Part shown: one piece after another, positions 39,416-50,898 of the stretch
Numbering within the stretch: position 1 is the first letter of the stretch
Layout of the letters: each line of letters begins with the position of its first letter
NCBI RefSeq assembly: GCF_044324785.1
Contig: NZ_CP172127.1
Length of the DNA stretch: 64,000 nt
DNA from: Escherichia coli
GTDB lineage: Bacteria; Pseudomonadota; Gammaproteobacteria; Enterobacterales; Enterobacteriaceae
Strand: one strand, 5' to 3'
The notes under the pieces: generated by a model
The model's database searches: none
The model's input: the letters and a program-made list of their open reading frames with translations, nothing else
What the model was told of the DNA's origin: nothing
Made by a program: the position numbers and the translations under genes

Positions 39416-40957
39416 TTACTCTTCGTTCTTCTTCTGACTCAGACCGTATTCCCGCAACTTATTGGCAATCGCGGTATGCGAAACGCCCAGGCGTTTTGCC
39501 AGTTTGCGCGTGCTGGGATAATTGCGATAAAGCTGGGTTAATACCGAGCGTTCAAAACGGCTGGTGATTTCGTCCAGCGAACCTTCCATCGCATCTTCGC
39601 CCACGGCTACCGTTGCGGCGTCATAATCCGGTAACAAAATATCCTGTGGACGCAGCTCATAACCGTCCAGTTGTGTTAGTGCGCGATAAATAGCGTTCTT
39701 TAACTGCCGCACATTTCCCGGCCACGCATAACGCGTAAGTACAGTATTCAGGTCAGCGGCCAGTTTCGGACGCGGCACGCCCTGCTCGTCGGCAAAGCGG
39801 GCGACGAACAGCTCGGTTAACGGCATGATGTCCTGCGGACAGTCACGTAGCGGCGGCAGATTGAGCGTCAACACGTTCAGACGATAATAGAGATCTTCAC
39901 GGAACACGCCTTTTTGCACCAGTTCGACAAGATTCTTCTGCGTCGCGCAAATCACCCGCACATCGACATGCACCTCATGGTCTTCGCCAACCCGACGGAA
40001 AGTGCCATCATTAAGGAAACGCAGTAATTTCGCCTGCATCCGTGGTGACATCTCACCTATTTCATCCAGCAGTACCGAACCACCGTTCGCCTGCTCAAAG
40101 AACCCTTTCTTCCCTTCCGGAGCATGACCAAACAGTTCACTCTCGACCGCATCTTCCGGGATAGAAGCACAGTTCAGCGCCAGATAGGGTTTGCCCGCGC
40201 GTGGGCTTGCCTGATGACAGGCATACGCAAAGAGATCTTTTCCGGTGCCGGTATCACCCGTAATCAGCAGCGGCGCGCTTAGCATCGCCAGTTTTTGCGC
40301 CTGTTCGACAACATGCTTCATTTTCGGGCTGACAGCGACAATTTGACTAAAGGCGCTGACGTCCTGGGCGGCGACATTTTGCAACTGACGGCCCATACGA
40401 ATCGTTGATCGCAACATCACCACCGCACCGGTCAGGACGTGTTGATCATTTTCATCCTGAAGATAAACAGGCGTAATCTCCATCAGGAAATTCTGCCCAT
40501 TAATAACGACATGCTCGTTATGCGAATCTTGCGGTTCGCTTTCCAGCCAACGTAAAAAATTAAAGCCGTTAATCAATTGTGCGGCGGTATGGTTGCGCAG
40601 GCGATCCAATTTTTGCCCAAAAAGCTGACAGCTCGCCGGGTTCGCCATATCCACTTTGCTTTTCATATCGACAGAGAGCACAGGTTCAGGCAACGCCTCC
40701 AGTAACGCGCTCAACGCCAGATGCTCACGTTCGGAAGGCATCCACGGGACAGTACGGACATCGGTAACACCTGCAATACGGCGTATTTCGGCCATCAGAC
40801 TGCTGAAACTCTCAAACTCCAGTTCAGCAAAATTGAGGTAGATTCGCCCAATGGGGTCAATCTCAATACCGCGTAAATCAATGCCTCTTAGCACGAGTAG
40901 ATCGAGTAATTCGCGGGTCAGACCGAGTCGGTCTTCACAAAAGACTTCCAGACGCAT
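39416..40957 (-). CDS. tyrR: Aromatic amino acid regulator TyrR
   Basis: The ATG at 40957 gives MRLEVFCEDRLGLTRELLDLLVLRGIDLRGIEID... and 513 aa. It has a central AAA+ domain (GDTGTGKD) and a C-terminal HTH. Confidence 0.96.
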   Translation of the reverse strand: MRLEVFCEDRLGLTRELLDLLVLRGIDLRGIEIDPIGRIYLNFAELEFESFSSLMAEIRRIAGVTDVRTVPWMPSEREHLALSALLEALPEPVLSVDMKSKVDMANPASCQLFGQKLDRLRNHTAAQLINGFNFLRWLESEPQDSHNEHVVINGQNFLMEITPVYLQDENDQHVLTGAVVMLRSTIRMGRQLQNVAAQDVSAFSQIVAVSPKMKHVVEQAQKLAMLSAPLLITGDTGTGKDLFAYACHQASPRAGKPYLALNCASIPEDAVESELFGHAPEGKKGFFEQANGGSVLLDEIGEMSPRMQAKLLRFLNDGTFRRVGEDHEVHVDVRVICATQKNLVELVQKGVFREDLYYRLNVLTLNLPPLRDCPQDIMPLTELFVARFADEQGVPRPKLAADLNTVLTRYAWPGNVRQLKNAIYRALTQLDGYELRPQDILLPDYDAATVAVGEDAMEGSLDEITSRFERSVLTQLYRNYPSTRKLAKRLGVSHTAIANKLREYGLSQKKNEE

Positions 40958-41027
40958 GGGAACCTTCACCTGAAAAAAGAACAATTAATATGATGATATG
41001 ACACTATTTGGATAGCAGGAAGGTTTC

Positions 41028-41045
41028 TGTCAACAATCATTGACA
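41028..41045. promoter_or_regulatory. TyrR box in the tyrR promoter (autoregulation)
   Basis: TGTCAA-caatca-TTGACA, a palindrome fitting the TyrR box consensus TGTAAA-N6-TTTACA, 71-88 nt upstream of the tyrR ATG. Confidence 0.75.
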
Positions 41046-41104
41046 CAAAGACGGAAAAACGGGCACTTCGGCGTAAAGATATCCGGTCAGCACCCGATAT
41101 TGCA

Positions 41105-42166
41105 TTATTTTTCGCTGGGCGTTTTGCCTTTTTGCAGCGTTTCTTTCACCTGACCGATAAGCTGACGACGGAAATCCCCAAGGCGAGGTTTGTCATCGTC
41201 AATCCACGGCAGAGGGCGGCAAAGCTCCATAGCTTTAATCCCCAGTCGTGCCGTCAGAAGTCCAGCACCAATCCCCTGAGCTGCCCGGGTAGACAAACGC
41301 GCAGCGAGATCTTGCGACATCCAGTCCATCCCCACTTCGCGCACCAGTTCGCTGGCCCCGGCGAAAGCGATATTCAGCAATACCAGCTTAAACAGGCGCA
41401 AACGGCTGTAATATCCCAGTTCAATGCCATACAGCGTGGCGATGCGATTGATCAAACGCAGATTGCGCCAGGCGATAAATGCCATATCCACCAGCGCCAG
41501 CGGGCTAACGGCGATCATCAACGTTGATTCCGCTGCCGAACGGCTGATTTCGCGCCGCGCCTGGGCATCTAAAACTGGCTGGACCAGATGAGCATACAGG
41601 CTGACCACTTCACGATCGTTCTGCGTTTCATGGATTGAGGCATACCAGCGTTGCAGTGCCGGATGCGACTGGTCGATGCCCGCCTGCTGCGCCAGTTTTT
41701 CGCAAAATGCGCGGCCTTTACCCGTGCCGTGACTGTGCAACAAATCGCGCGCTTCGTCGCGTTCATGGGCGCGCTGTCGCAAGCGCCATAAGCGCCGCCA
41801 CTCTGTTACCACAGAACCTACGCCAGCGCCGATAATCAATGCCCCAGCGGCACATCCACCCAGCGCTACCCAATCCTGAGTTTGCCAGGCGTTCATTGTC
41901 CACTGTACGCCCTGCCCGACAACGCTTGCGCCAAACAGAGCCAGCCCGCCCATCACCATTTTGCGCCACAGGCTGCGTTTCGGACGTAACGCTGCGTCCA
42001 TCACCGCTTCAACTTGCCCTTCTTCTTCCGGTGCTTCGTCGAGCGTGGCCGGAGCAAAATTTTGCGCCTGATTTTCGTCAAAGGTCTGCTGCGCCCTGAA
42101 TTTTGGATTCTGATCGACCTCCAGTGGACCGTCGAAATCAATACGTGGTTTTAACGGTTCGGTCAT
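41105..42166 (-). CDS. ycjF: Inner-membrane protein YcjF (DUF697 family)
   Basis: 353-aa [32 protein letters not shown].... Its start overlaps the ycjX stop (ATGA). Confidence 0.9.
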   Translation of the reverse strand: MTEPLKPRIDFDGPLEVDQNPKFRAQQTFDENQAQNFAPATLDEAPEEEGQVEAVMDAALRPKRSLWRKMVMGGLALFGASVVGQGVQWTMNAWQTQDWVALGGCAAGALIIGAGVGSVVTEWRRLWRLRQRAHERDEARDLLHSHGTGKGRAFCEKLAQQAGIDQSHPALQRWYASIHETQNDREVVSLYAHLVQPVLDAQARREISRSAAESTLMIAVSPLALVDMAFIAWRNLRLINRIATLYGIELGYYSRLRLFKLVLLNIAFAGASELVREVGMDWMSQDLAARLSTRAAQGIGAGLLTARLGIKAMELCRPLPWIDDDKPRLGDFRRQLIGQVKETLQKGKTPSEK

Positions 42167-43560
42167 CGCAATTTATCTCCTATTAAAAATTCCAGCGCAG
42201 CATCAAGACGAATATGCGGCAGCGGTTTGTCGACATCCATCACCTGCGGACGAAACGCCTCAAACTGGAAGCCTTGCTTATCCCAGAACGCCTGACCAGG
42301 TAAACGTGCGGGAACTTCGCCAGGATAAACAGTGAGCGGTGCGCCATCGCTGAGTCGATTACCGCGCAGCGCCGGGATTTTCTCACCGTTAACATCAATA
42401 ATGCCGCTGGTGGTCGCCTGAACTGACGCCAGCCCCAGGCAGTCCATGCTGATCCCTTCGAAAGCCGCATTTTGCCAGGCATCCTGAATTAGTTGTTGCA
42501 GTAATGAAACCATATTGGCGTGCTGATCGATGGTCACATGGTCTGCTTTAGTGGCAGCAAACAATAGCTTATCGATAACCGGCGAAAACAAACGCCGGAA
42601 CAGGGTTCGCTGCCCGTAGTGGAAACTTTGCATCAGCTGCGTCAGCGCCAGACGCATATCATTAAATGCCTGTGGCCCACTGTTGAGAGGCTGCAGGCAA
42701 TCCACCAGCACAATCTGGCGGTCAAAGCGCAGAAAATGATTCTTATAGAATCCCTTCACCACTTTCTCGCAGTAATAATTAAACCGCTCGCGCAGCATTC
42801 CGGCATTGGTATGCTTATCGGCCTGCGCCAGTTTGGACTCGCCCCAGGCATCGACATCCGGCCACGGGAAGAATTGCAGCGCGGGCGCACCTGCCATATC
42901 TCCCGGCAAGACAAAGCGCCCAGGCTGAATAAAGTGCAACCCCTGCTGTTTGCAGTGGTGGAGATACTCGGTCCAGGCGGCGGCAATGTCTGCCAGCCGG
43001 TTTTCGTCGGCAGGCGCTAGCGGATCCAGCCCTTCGCACATCATTCGCCATTTCGCCGACCATTCGCCGCGCTGACCATTAAGTAAGCCCGTCATCTGGC
43101 GCGACCAGCTTAAATAGTCCTGCGCCAACATCGGCAGATCGAGCAGCCATTCGCCGGGATAATCCACAATCTCCAGATACAGCGTGGAGGTGTCCTTGAA
43201 GTGGCGTAGCAGCGAATCGTTCGATTTAAAACGTAACGCCAGGCGAATTTCACTGACGCCGCGCGTAGGCGTCGGCCAGGCGGGAGGATCGCCATATAAC
43301 TGCGCCAACCCTTCATCATAGGTGAAGCGCGGAATGCCAAAGTCACGCTGGGGAATGCGTTTTACGCCCAGCAGGCGCTCTTCACGCACCGCACTTAAAA
43401 GCGGCAAACGTGCTCCGGCATGAATATTGAGCAACTGATTAACCATCGCGGTGATAAACGCTGTTTTGCCGCTGCGGCTAAGTCCGGTTACAGCGAGGCG
43501 CAGATGTCTGTCGACACCCCGATTCACCAGCGCATTAAGTTCATTTTTAAGTCGCTTCAT
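42163..43560 (-). CDS. ycjX: P-loop NTPase YcjX (DUF463)
   Basis: 465-aa [46 protein letters not shown]... (Walker A GLSRSGKT). Confidence 0.92.
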   Translation of the reverse strand: MKRLKNELNALVNRGVDRHLRLAVTGLSRSGKTAFITAMVNQLLNIHAGARLPLLSAVREERLLGVKRIPQRDFGIPRFTYDEGLAQLYGDPPAWPTPTRGVSEIRLALRFKSNDSLLRHFKDTSTLYLEIVDYPGEWLLDLPMLAQDYLSWSRQMTGLLNGQRGEWSAKWRMMCEGLDPLAPADENRLADIAAAWTEYLHHCKQQGLHFIQPGRFVLPGDMAGAPALQFFPWPDVDAWGESKLAQADKHTNAGMLRERFNYYCEKVVKGFYKNHFLRFDRQIVLVDCLQPLNSGPQAFNDMRLALTQLMQSFHYGQRTLFRRLFSPVIDKLLFAATKADHVTIDQHANMVSLLQQLIQDAWQNAAFEGISMDCLGLASVQATTSGIIDVNGEKIPALRGNRLSDGAPLTVYPGEVPARLPGQAFWDKQGFQFEAFRPQVMDVDKPLPHIRLDAALEFLIGDKLR

Positions 43561-43678
43561 TGCTGTCCTGTGCCAGAAAGCTGTAGAAAGGATTAGATAC
43601 TGGAGATAATAATGTGGGTTAATTTTGATTTATCAAATGAATAAGCGGCGTTGTTTACACCGCTCAATAAGTAATTTG

Positions 43679-43993
43679 TTAACCTTTGACCTTCGGCATT
43701 GCGATGTCTTTCAGGCCACCGGCGTTCTCAACGTGGGTATATCCCATCTCGCTAAGGATCTCTTTTGCCTGCCCTGACTGGCGTCCGGCATTGCAATACA
43801 CTTTCACGGTGTCGTTTTTATCCGGAACGGCGGTGGCAATGCGCTCTTTTACTTCCTTCAGGGGAATATTGATGGCCCCCTGAACGTGCTCTTGCTGATA
43901 CTGCTCTGGAACACGAACATCGATCCAGTGTTCAGCGGCGAAAACGGGCAGTGAAAACACCAGTGTCAGAGCAAGTAAGCCTTTTTTAAACAT
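43679..43993 (-). CDS. pspE: Periplasmic rhodanese (thiosulfate sulfurtransferase) PspE
   Basis: 104-aa ORF with a signal peptide and the rhodanese active-site loop CNAGRQS. Confidence 0.94.
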   Translation of the reverse strand: MFKKGLLALTLVFSLPVFAAEHWIDVRVPEQYQQEHVQGAINIPLKEVKERIATAVPDKNDTVKVYCNAGRQSGQAKEILSEMGYTHVENAGGLKDIAMPKVKG

Positions 43994-44067
43994 GTAAGCG
44001 TCCTTCTATGGATGAAAATTGCCATCCATAATATGCCTTAGCTTTAACAATTTTTGCGAAACTCCCC

Positions 44068-44289
44068 TCACCTTTTATAACGCTGCGCCAGTTTATTGGC
44101 AGCCCGACTTAACAGCGGTTCCAGCGCCACGGCCAGCAACATTTTCAGTGGTCGGCGAGCAACTGATTTTATCGCCCAGCCAGCTACACCCGCCGGGCCA
44201 TAGCGCAGTGCGGTAAGAAGTACCAGCTTGCCTGCTAATTTGAAACCAGGCTTCACCTTTTGCCCGGCCTGTTGCCAGCGAGTATTCAT
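44068..44289 (-). CDS. pspD: Phage shock protein D
   Basis: The ATG at 44289 gives [34 protein letters not shown]... and 73 aa. Confidence 0.9.
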
Positions 44290-44297
44290 AACTTTCC

Positions 44298-44657
44298 TCA
44301 CAGTTGACGGAAACGGCTACGTAACGTGAAAGTATCGGAAGTGACATAACGTTCCATCTCGCGTAAACGCGTTTCACTTGCCGCCAGTTCACGGTCGACT
44401 TCATCCAACAATTCGCTGCTGGAAGGTAGCTGCTCACCAAAGGCCATGTTGTCCGGCATTGGATCAAGCGCAAATGACAAAATGATGTAAGCAACCAGGG
44501 TAAACAGCGCCAGACCGAAGAAAATCGACAGCACCACCAGGATACGCACCAGTTTTACCGGTACATCAAAATAGTTGGCAATCCCGGCGCAAACGCCGCG
44601 TACCATGCCCTGCTGCGGAATACGCCATAATTTTTTATTGAGATTAATGCCCGCCAT
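44298..44657 (-). CDS. pspC: Phage shock protein C
   Basis: 119-aa [47 protein letters not shown]... (PspC domain). Confidence 0.95.
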
Positions 44658-44881
44658 TAGCGATCCCTCCAGTTCGGATGTTCTGCATCAAGAATAGATT
44701 CCAGCGCCTGAGTACGTTCGCGCATCCGTTTTGCTTCATCAGCCAGTTGCGCTAATCGCTGCTGCTCACTTTGCGACAATTCACTGCGACCAGAACGATT
44801 GCTGTAATGCAGCCATAACCAGATCGGTAAAACAAACAGCACAAAAATGGTTAACGGAATAGCCAGAAATAGCGCGCTCAT
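44657..44881 (-). CDS. pspB: Phage shock protein B
   Basis: 74-aa ORF MSALFLAIPLTIFVLFVLPIWLWLHYSNRSGRSELSQSEQQRL.... Confidence 0.95.
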   Translation of the reverse strand: MSALFLAIPLTIFVLFVLPIWLWLHYSNRSGRSELSQSEQQRLAQLADEAKRMRERTQALESILDAEHPNWRDR

Positions 44882-44934
44882 AAGGACTCCTTAGACGATG
44901 AGCGGCGGCGCGTTCGGACGCCGCCTGGATGTTA

Positions 44935-45675
<741 letters not shown>

Positions 45676-45769
45676 TTATCTTTTTGATTTATAAAGATCT
45701 GATTGAAGAATCAACAGCAGCATGCCAGGATAAGTTAGCGAATTACACTAACAAGTGGCGAATTTCATC

Positions 45770-46747
45770 ATGGCAGAATACAAAGATAATTTACTCGGCG
45801 AGGCGAACAGCTTTCTCGAAGTGCTGGAACAGGTTTCGCATCTCGCACCGCTGGACAAACCGGTGCTCATCATCGGCGAGCGCGGCACAGGTAAAGAGCT
45901 GATTGCCAGCCGTCTGCATTATCTCTCCTCCCGTTGGCAGGGGCCGTTTATTTCCCTTAACTGCGCGGCGTTAAATGAAAATCTGCTGGATTCCGAACTG
46001 TTTGGTCACGAAGCGGGCGCGTTTACCGGTGCGCAAAAACGTCATCCAGGGAGATTTGAACGTGCCGACGGCGGTACGCTATTTCTTGATGAACTCGCTA
46101 CGGCACCGATGATGGTACAGGAGAAATTATTGCGCGTGATTGAGTACGGTGAACTGGAGCGCGTTGGCGGCAGCCAGCCATTGCAGGTGAATGTGCGGTT
46201 GGTATGCGCGACGAATGCCGATCTCCCGGCGATGGTCAATGAAGGTACTTTTCGCGCTGACCTGCTCGACCGGCTGGCTTTCGATGTAGTGCAACTGCCG
46301 CCCCTGCGCGAGCGCGAAAGCGACATTATGCTGATGGCAGAACACTTTGCCATTCAGATGTGTCGGGAAATCAAGCTGCCTCTGTTCCCGGGGTTTACGG
46401 AGCGCGCCAGAGAAACATTGCTGAATTATCGCTGGCCGGGAAATATTCGTGAATTGAAAAACGTGGTGGAACGTTCAGTGTATCGCCACGGCACCAGCGA
46501 TTATCCGCTTGATGACATCATTATTGATCCCTTTAAACGGCGTCCGCCTGAAGACGCTATCGCCGTTTCAGAAACCATCTCGCTTCCAACACTGCCGCTG
46601 GATTTACGTGAGTTTCAGATGCAGCAGGAAAAAGAGTTGCTGCAACTCAGTTTGCAACAAGGGAAATATAACCAGAAGCGCGCGGCTGAATTACTGGGGT
46701 TAACCTATCATCAGTTCCGCGCGTTGTTGAAAAAGCACCAGATTTAG
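45770..46747 (+). CDS. pspF: Sigma-54 enhancer-binding activator PspF
   Basis: The ATG at 45770 gives MAEYKDNLLGEANSFLEVLEQVSHLAPLDKPVLIIGERGTGKE... and 325 aa. The GAFTGA loop is present. Confidence 0.96.
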   Translation: MAEYKDNLLGEANSFLEVLEQVSHLAPLDKPVLIIGERGTGKELIASRLHYLSSRWQGPFISLNCAALNENLLDSELFGHEAGAFTGAQKRHPGRFERADGGTLFLDELATAPMMVQEKLLRVIEYGELERVGGSQPLQVNVRLVCATNADLPAMVNEGTFRADLLDRLAFDVVQLPPLRERESDIMLMAEHFAIQMCREIKLPLFPGFTERARETLLNYRWPGNIRELKNVVERSVYRHGTSDYPLDDIIIDPFKRRPPEDAIAVSETISLPTLPLDLREFQMQQEKELLQLSLQQGKYNQKRAAELLGLTYHQFRALLKKHQI

Positions 46748-46768
46748 CGAAGTTGGGCAATACAACTT

Positions 46769-46786
46769 GCCGGATGCGGCGTGAAT
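46769..46786. repeat. Left half of a REP palindromic unit split by the IS insertion
   Basis: GCCGGATGCGGCGTGAAT. Joined with 48223-48238, one copy of GAAT removed, it rebuilds GCCGGATGCGGCGTGAATGCTTTATCCGGCATAC, a typical REP. Confidence 0.8.
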
Positions 46787-46837
46787 TGAACTGCACCCCA
46801 AATGTTGGACATAATCTGACATCTGAAGGTGCAGTTT

Positions 46838-48218
<1,381 letters not shown>

Positions 48219-48286
48219 GAATGCTTTATCCGGCATACATAATCAATACGTCGTTTGCAGGCCTGATAAGCGCAGCGCATCAGACA
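48219..48286. repeat. Right half of the split REP plus a second REP (BIME)
   Basis: GAATGCTTTATCCGGCATAC, then ...AGGCCTGATAAGCGCAGCGCATCAGACA (REP-type palindrome). Confidence 0.75.
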
Positions 48287-48313
48287 TTATTGCGTTGACC
48301 CTGCTTCTGCGTA

Positions 48314-49579
48314 TTAATCTTTCAGCGCATCCTGCAAAATTTTCATTGCCGCATCGAATTGCGCATCCGGGATGGTCAGCGGATACAGGAAACGAATCAC
48401 GTTGCCGTATGCGCCACAGGTCAGCAGAAGCAGCCCCTGCGCCAGCGCGCGTTGCTGGATTTTCTGTGCAATCGCCGCTGACGGCTCGCCCGTTTGCGGA
48501 TCGTTAAACTCTGCCGCAATCATAGACCCCAGACCGCGTACCGCCGCGATGGCCGGAACGCTTTCTTTGGCATCAATCAACGTGTTTGTCAGGCGCTGGC
48601 CCAGTTGATTCGCGCGTTCACAGAGTGATTCTTTGTCGATAATGTTGAGCACAGCGTGCGCGGCAGCCACCGCCAGCGGGTTCCCGGCGTAAGTACCACC
48701 CAACCCGCCCGGCGCGGGCGCGTCCATAATATTCGCGTTACCGACCACGCCCGAAAGCGGCATGCCGCCTGCGAGGCTTTTCGCCATCGTCATTAAGTCC
48801 GGCTTATCGGCGTAGTGATCCATGGCAAACAGTTTACCGGTACGCGCAAAGCCGCTTTGCACTTCATCGGCAATCATCACAATGCCGTGCTCGTCGCACA
48901 GGCGGCGAATGGCGGCAACCAGCTCTTTGGGTGCAACGTTGAAACCGCCCTCGCCCTGCACCGGTTCGAAAATAATCGCCGCCACCTGCTTCGCTTCAAT
49001 GTCCGATTTAAACAAGCGTTCGATGGCGTCGAGGGAGTCCTGCGTTGAAACGCCATGTAAATCTGACGGATAAGGTACGTGATATACCGAACCGGGGAAC
49101 GGGCCGAAGCCGATTTTGTACGGCGCGACCTTTCCGGTCAGCGCCATGGTCATATATGTACGACCGTGGAAGCCGCCGCTAAACGCAATCACGCCAGGGC
49201 GTCCGGTATGGGCGCGGGCGATTTTCACCGCGTTCTCCACCGCTTCCGCACCGGTAGTGAAGAACGCAGTTTTAGCCTGCCCGCTCACCGGGGCAAGGGC
49301 GTTGATTTTCTCCGCCAGGGTGACGTAGCTTTCGTACGGCACAATCTGATACGCCGTGTGGGTAAACTGTTGCAATTGCTGCTCCACCGCCGCGACCAGA
49401 TCAGGGTGGCGATGCCCGGTATTCAGCACCGCAATGCCTGCGGCGAAATCGATATATTCGTTGCCCTCTACATCCTTCAGCGTGGCGTTTTCTGCCGACT
49501 GGGCGAAGAAGTTACACATCACGCCAACCCCGCGTGGGGTAGCAGAAAGACGACGCTGATGGAATTCATTGTTGCTCAT
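48314..49579 (-). CDS. puuE: 4-Aminobutyrate aminotransferase PuuE
   Basis: 421-aa ORF MSNNEFHQRRLSATPRGVGVMCNFFAQSAENATLKDVEGNEYIDF..., a class-III PLP aminotransferase. Confidence 0.95.
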   Translation of the reverse strand: MSNNEFHQRRLSATPRGVGVMCNFFAQSAENATLKDVEGNEYIDFAAGIAVLNTGHRHPDLVAAVEQQLQQFTHTAYQIVPYESYVTLAEKINALAPVSGQAKTAFFTTGAEAVENAVKIARAHTGRPGVIAFSGGFHGRTYMTMALTGKVAPYKIGFGPFPGSVYHVPYPSDLHGVSTQDSLDAIERLFKSDIEAKQVAAIIFEPVQGEGGFNVAPKELVAAIRRLCDEHGIVMIADEVQSGFARTGKLFAMDHYADKPDLMTMAKSLAGGMPLSGVVGNANIMDAPAPGGLGGTYAGNPLAVAAAHAVLNIIDKESLCERANQLGQRLTNTLIDAKESVPAIAAVRGLGSMIAAEFNDPQTGEPSAAIAQKIQQRALAQGLLLLTCGAYGNVIRFLYPLTIPDAQFDAAMKILQDALKD

Positions 49580-49616
49580 GTTTCACACCTTTTGACTCTT
49601 CACTGTTAATCGGAAA

Positions 49617-50897
49617 TTAAACGCCCAGACGATCGCGCAGGCTGTAATAAGCCGCGCCCATCGCGGTAAATGGCACGCGCAGCGTGCGCCCGCCGGGGAA
49701 CGGGTAATGCGGCAGATTGGCGAAGGCGTCGAAGCGTTCGGCGTCACCGCGCAGCAGTTCAGCAATCAAACGCCCGGCAAGATGGGTACAGGTGACGCCG
49801 TGGCCGCTGTAACCCTGCATGTAATAGATGTTGGTATCAAGGCGACCGAACTGCGGCATGCGCGACAAGGTCAGCAGGAAGTTGCCCGTCCAGCGGTAAT
49901 CAATTTTCACGCCCTTCAGCTGCGGGAAGGTTTTCAGCAGTTTCGGCACAACAAGACGCTCAACGTCATCTGGGTCGCGCGCGCCGTAGACCACGCCGCC
50001 GCCGTACAGCAGGCGGTTATCGGCAGTCAGGCGGTAGTAATCAAGCAGATAGTTACAGTCTTCCACGCAGTAGTTTTTCGGGATCAGCGAACGGGCTAAA
50101 TCATCGGAAAGCCGCTCGGTGGTGATCACCTGCGTACCGCACGGCATGCTGCGTTTCGCTAGTTCCGGCTCTACTTTATCGCCCAGATACGCATTCCCGG
50201 CGACAACCACATACTTCGCCGTCACCTGACCATTGGCAGTCCGCACCACGGCTGGCGTGGTGTGCTGGATCTGCGTCACGGCGGAAAGCTCATACACGCG
50301 CCCGCCGTTCAGGCGGATGGCATCGGCTTCACCAATGGCGAGGTTTAGCGGGTGAATATGCCCACCGCTGTGATCCAGCAGCGCACCAGTGTAGCGATCG
50401 CTGGCGACCTCGCGGCGAATAGCGTTGGCGTCCAGCAGCTCCAGCTGTTTATTGCCGTAGCGTTCCCAGTTCTCTTTCTGCTCTTCGAGTGTGGCGAGTT
50501 GTTTATCATTCATCGCCACAAACAGACCGCCGGGGCGATAGTCGCAGTCAATCTGATAACGTTTGATACGTTCGCGGATGATCTCGCCACCCTCGAACAT
50601 CATGCTGCCGAGCATACGGGCGGTGTCCATGCCGTAGCTTTTTTCGATCACGTCGATGTCGCGGCTGTAGGAGTTCACAAGCTGCCCGCCGTTGCGTCCG
50701 CTTGCGCCGAAGCCGATGCGTGAGGCTTCAAGAACCACCACGTCAAAGCCCGCTTCTGCCAGATGCAGCGCGGAGGAAAGCCCGGTATAGCCGCCGCCGA
50801 CCACGCAAACATCGCAGGAAATCGACTCATTCAGTGTGTCGAATGGCGCGTATTTATTCGCACTGGCGGCGTAATAACTGCTGGTATGTTCGGTCAT
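49617..50897 (-). CDS. puuB: Gamma-glutamylputrescine oxidase PuuB
   Basis: 426-aa ORF with the FAD dinucleotide fold VCVVGGGYTGLSSAL. Confidence 0.95.
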   Translation of the reverse strand: MTEHTSSYYAASANKYAPFDTLNESISCDVCVVGGGYTGLSSALHLAEAGFDVVVLEASRIGFGASGRNGGQLVNSYSRDIDVIEKSYGMDTARMLGSMMFEGGEIIRERIKRYQIDCDYRPGGLFVAMNDKQLATLEEQKENWERYGNKQLELLDANAIRREVASDRYTGALLDHSGGHIHPLNLAIGEADAIRLNGGRVYELSAVTQIQHTTPAVVRTANGQVTAKYVVVAGNAYLGDKVEPELAKRSMPCGTQVITTERLSDDLARSLIPKNYCVEDCNYLLDYYRLTADNRLLYGGGVVYGARDPDDVERLVVPKLLKTFPQLKGVKIDYRWTGNFLLTLSRMPQFGRLDTNIYYMQGYSGHGVTCTHLAGRLIAELLRGDAERFDAFANLPHYPFPGGRTLRVPFTAMGAAYYSLRDRLGV

Positions 50898-50898
50898 T

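Noticed and set aside
43561-43585. A TGGCAC motif just upstream of ycjX that looked like a sigma-54 -24 element, which would fit PspF control.
   Set aside because: The downstream GC is one position off the -12 spacing (TGGCACAGGACAGCA). The motif ends directly at the ycjX ATG, leaving no 5' UTR. The AGGA inside it is better explained as the ycjX Shine-Dalgarno.
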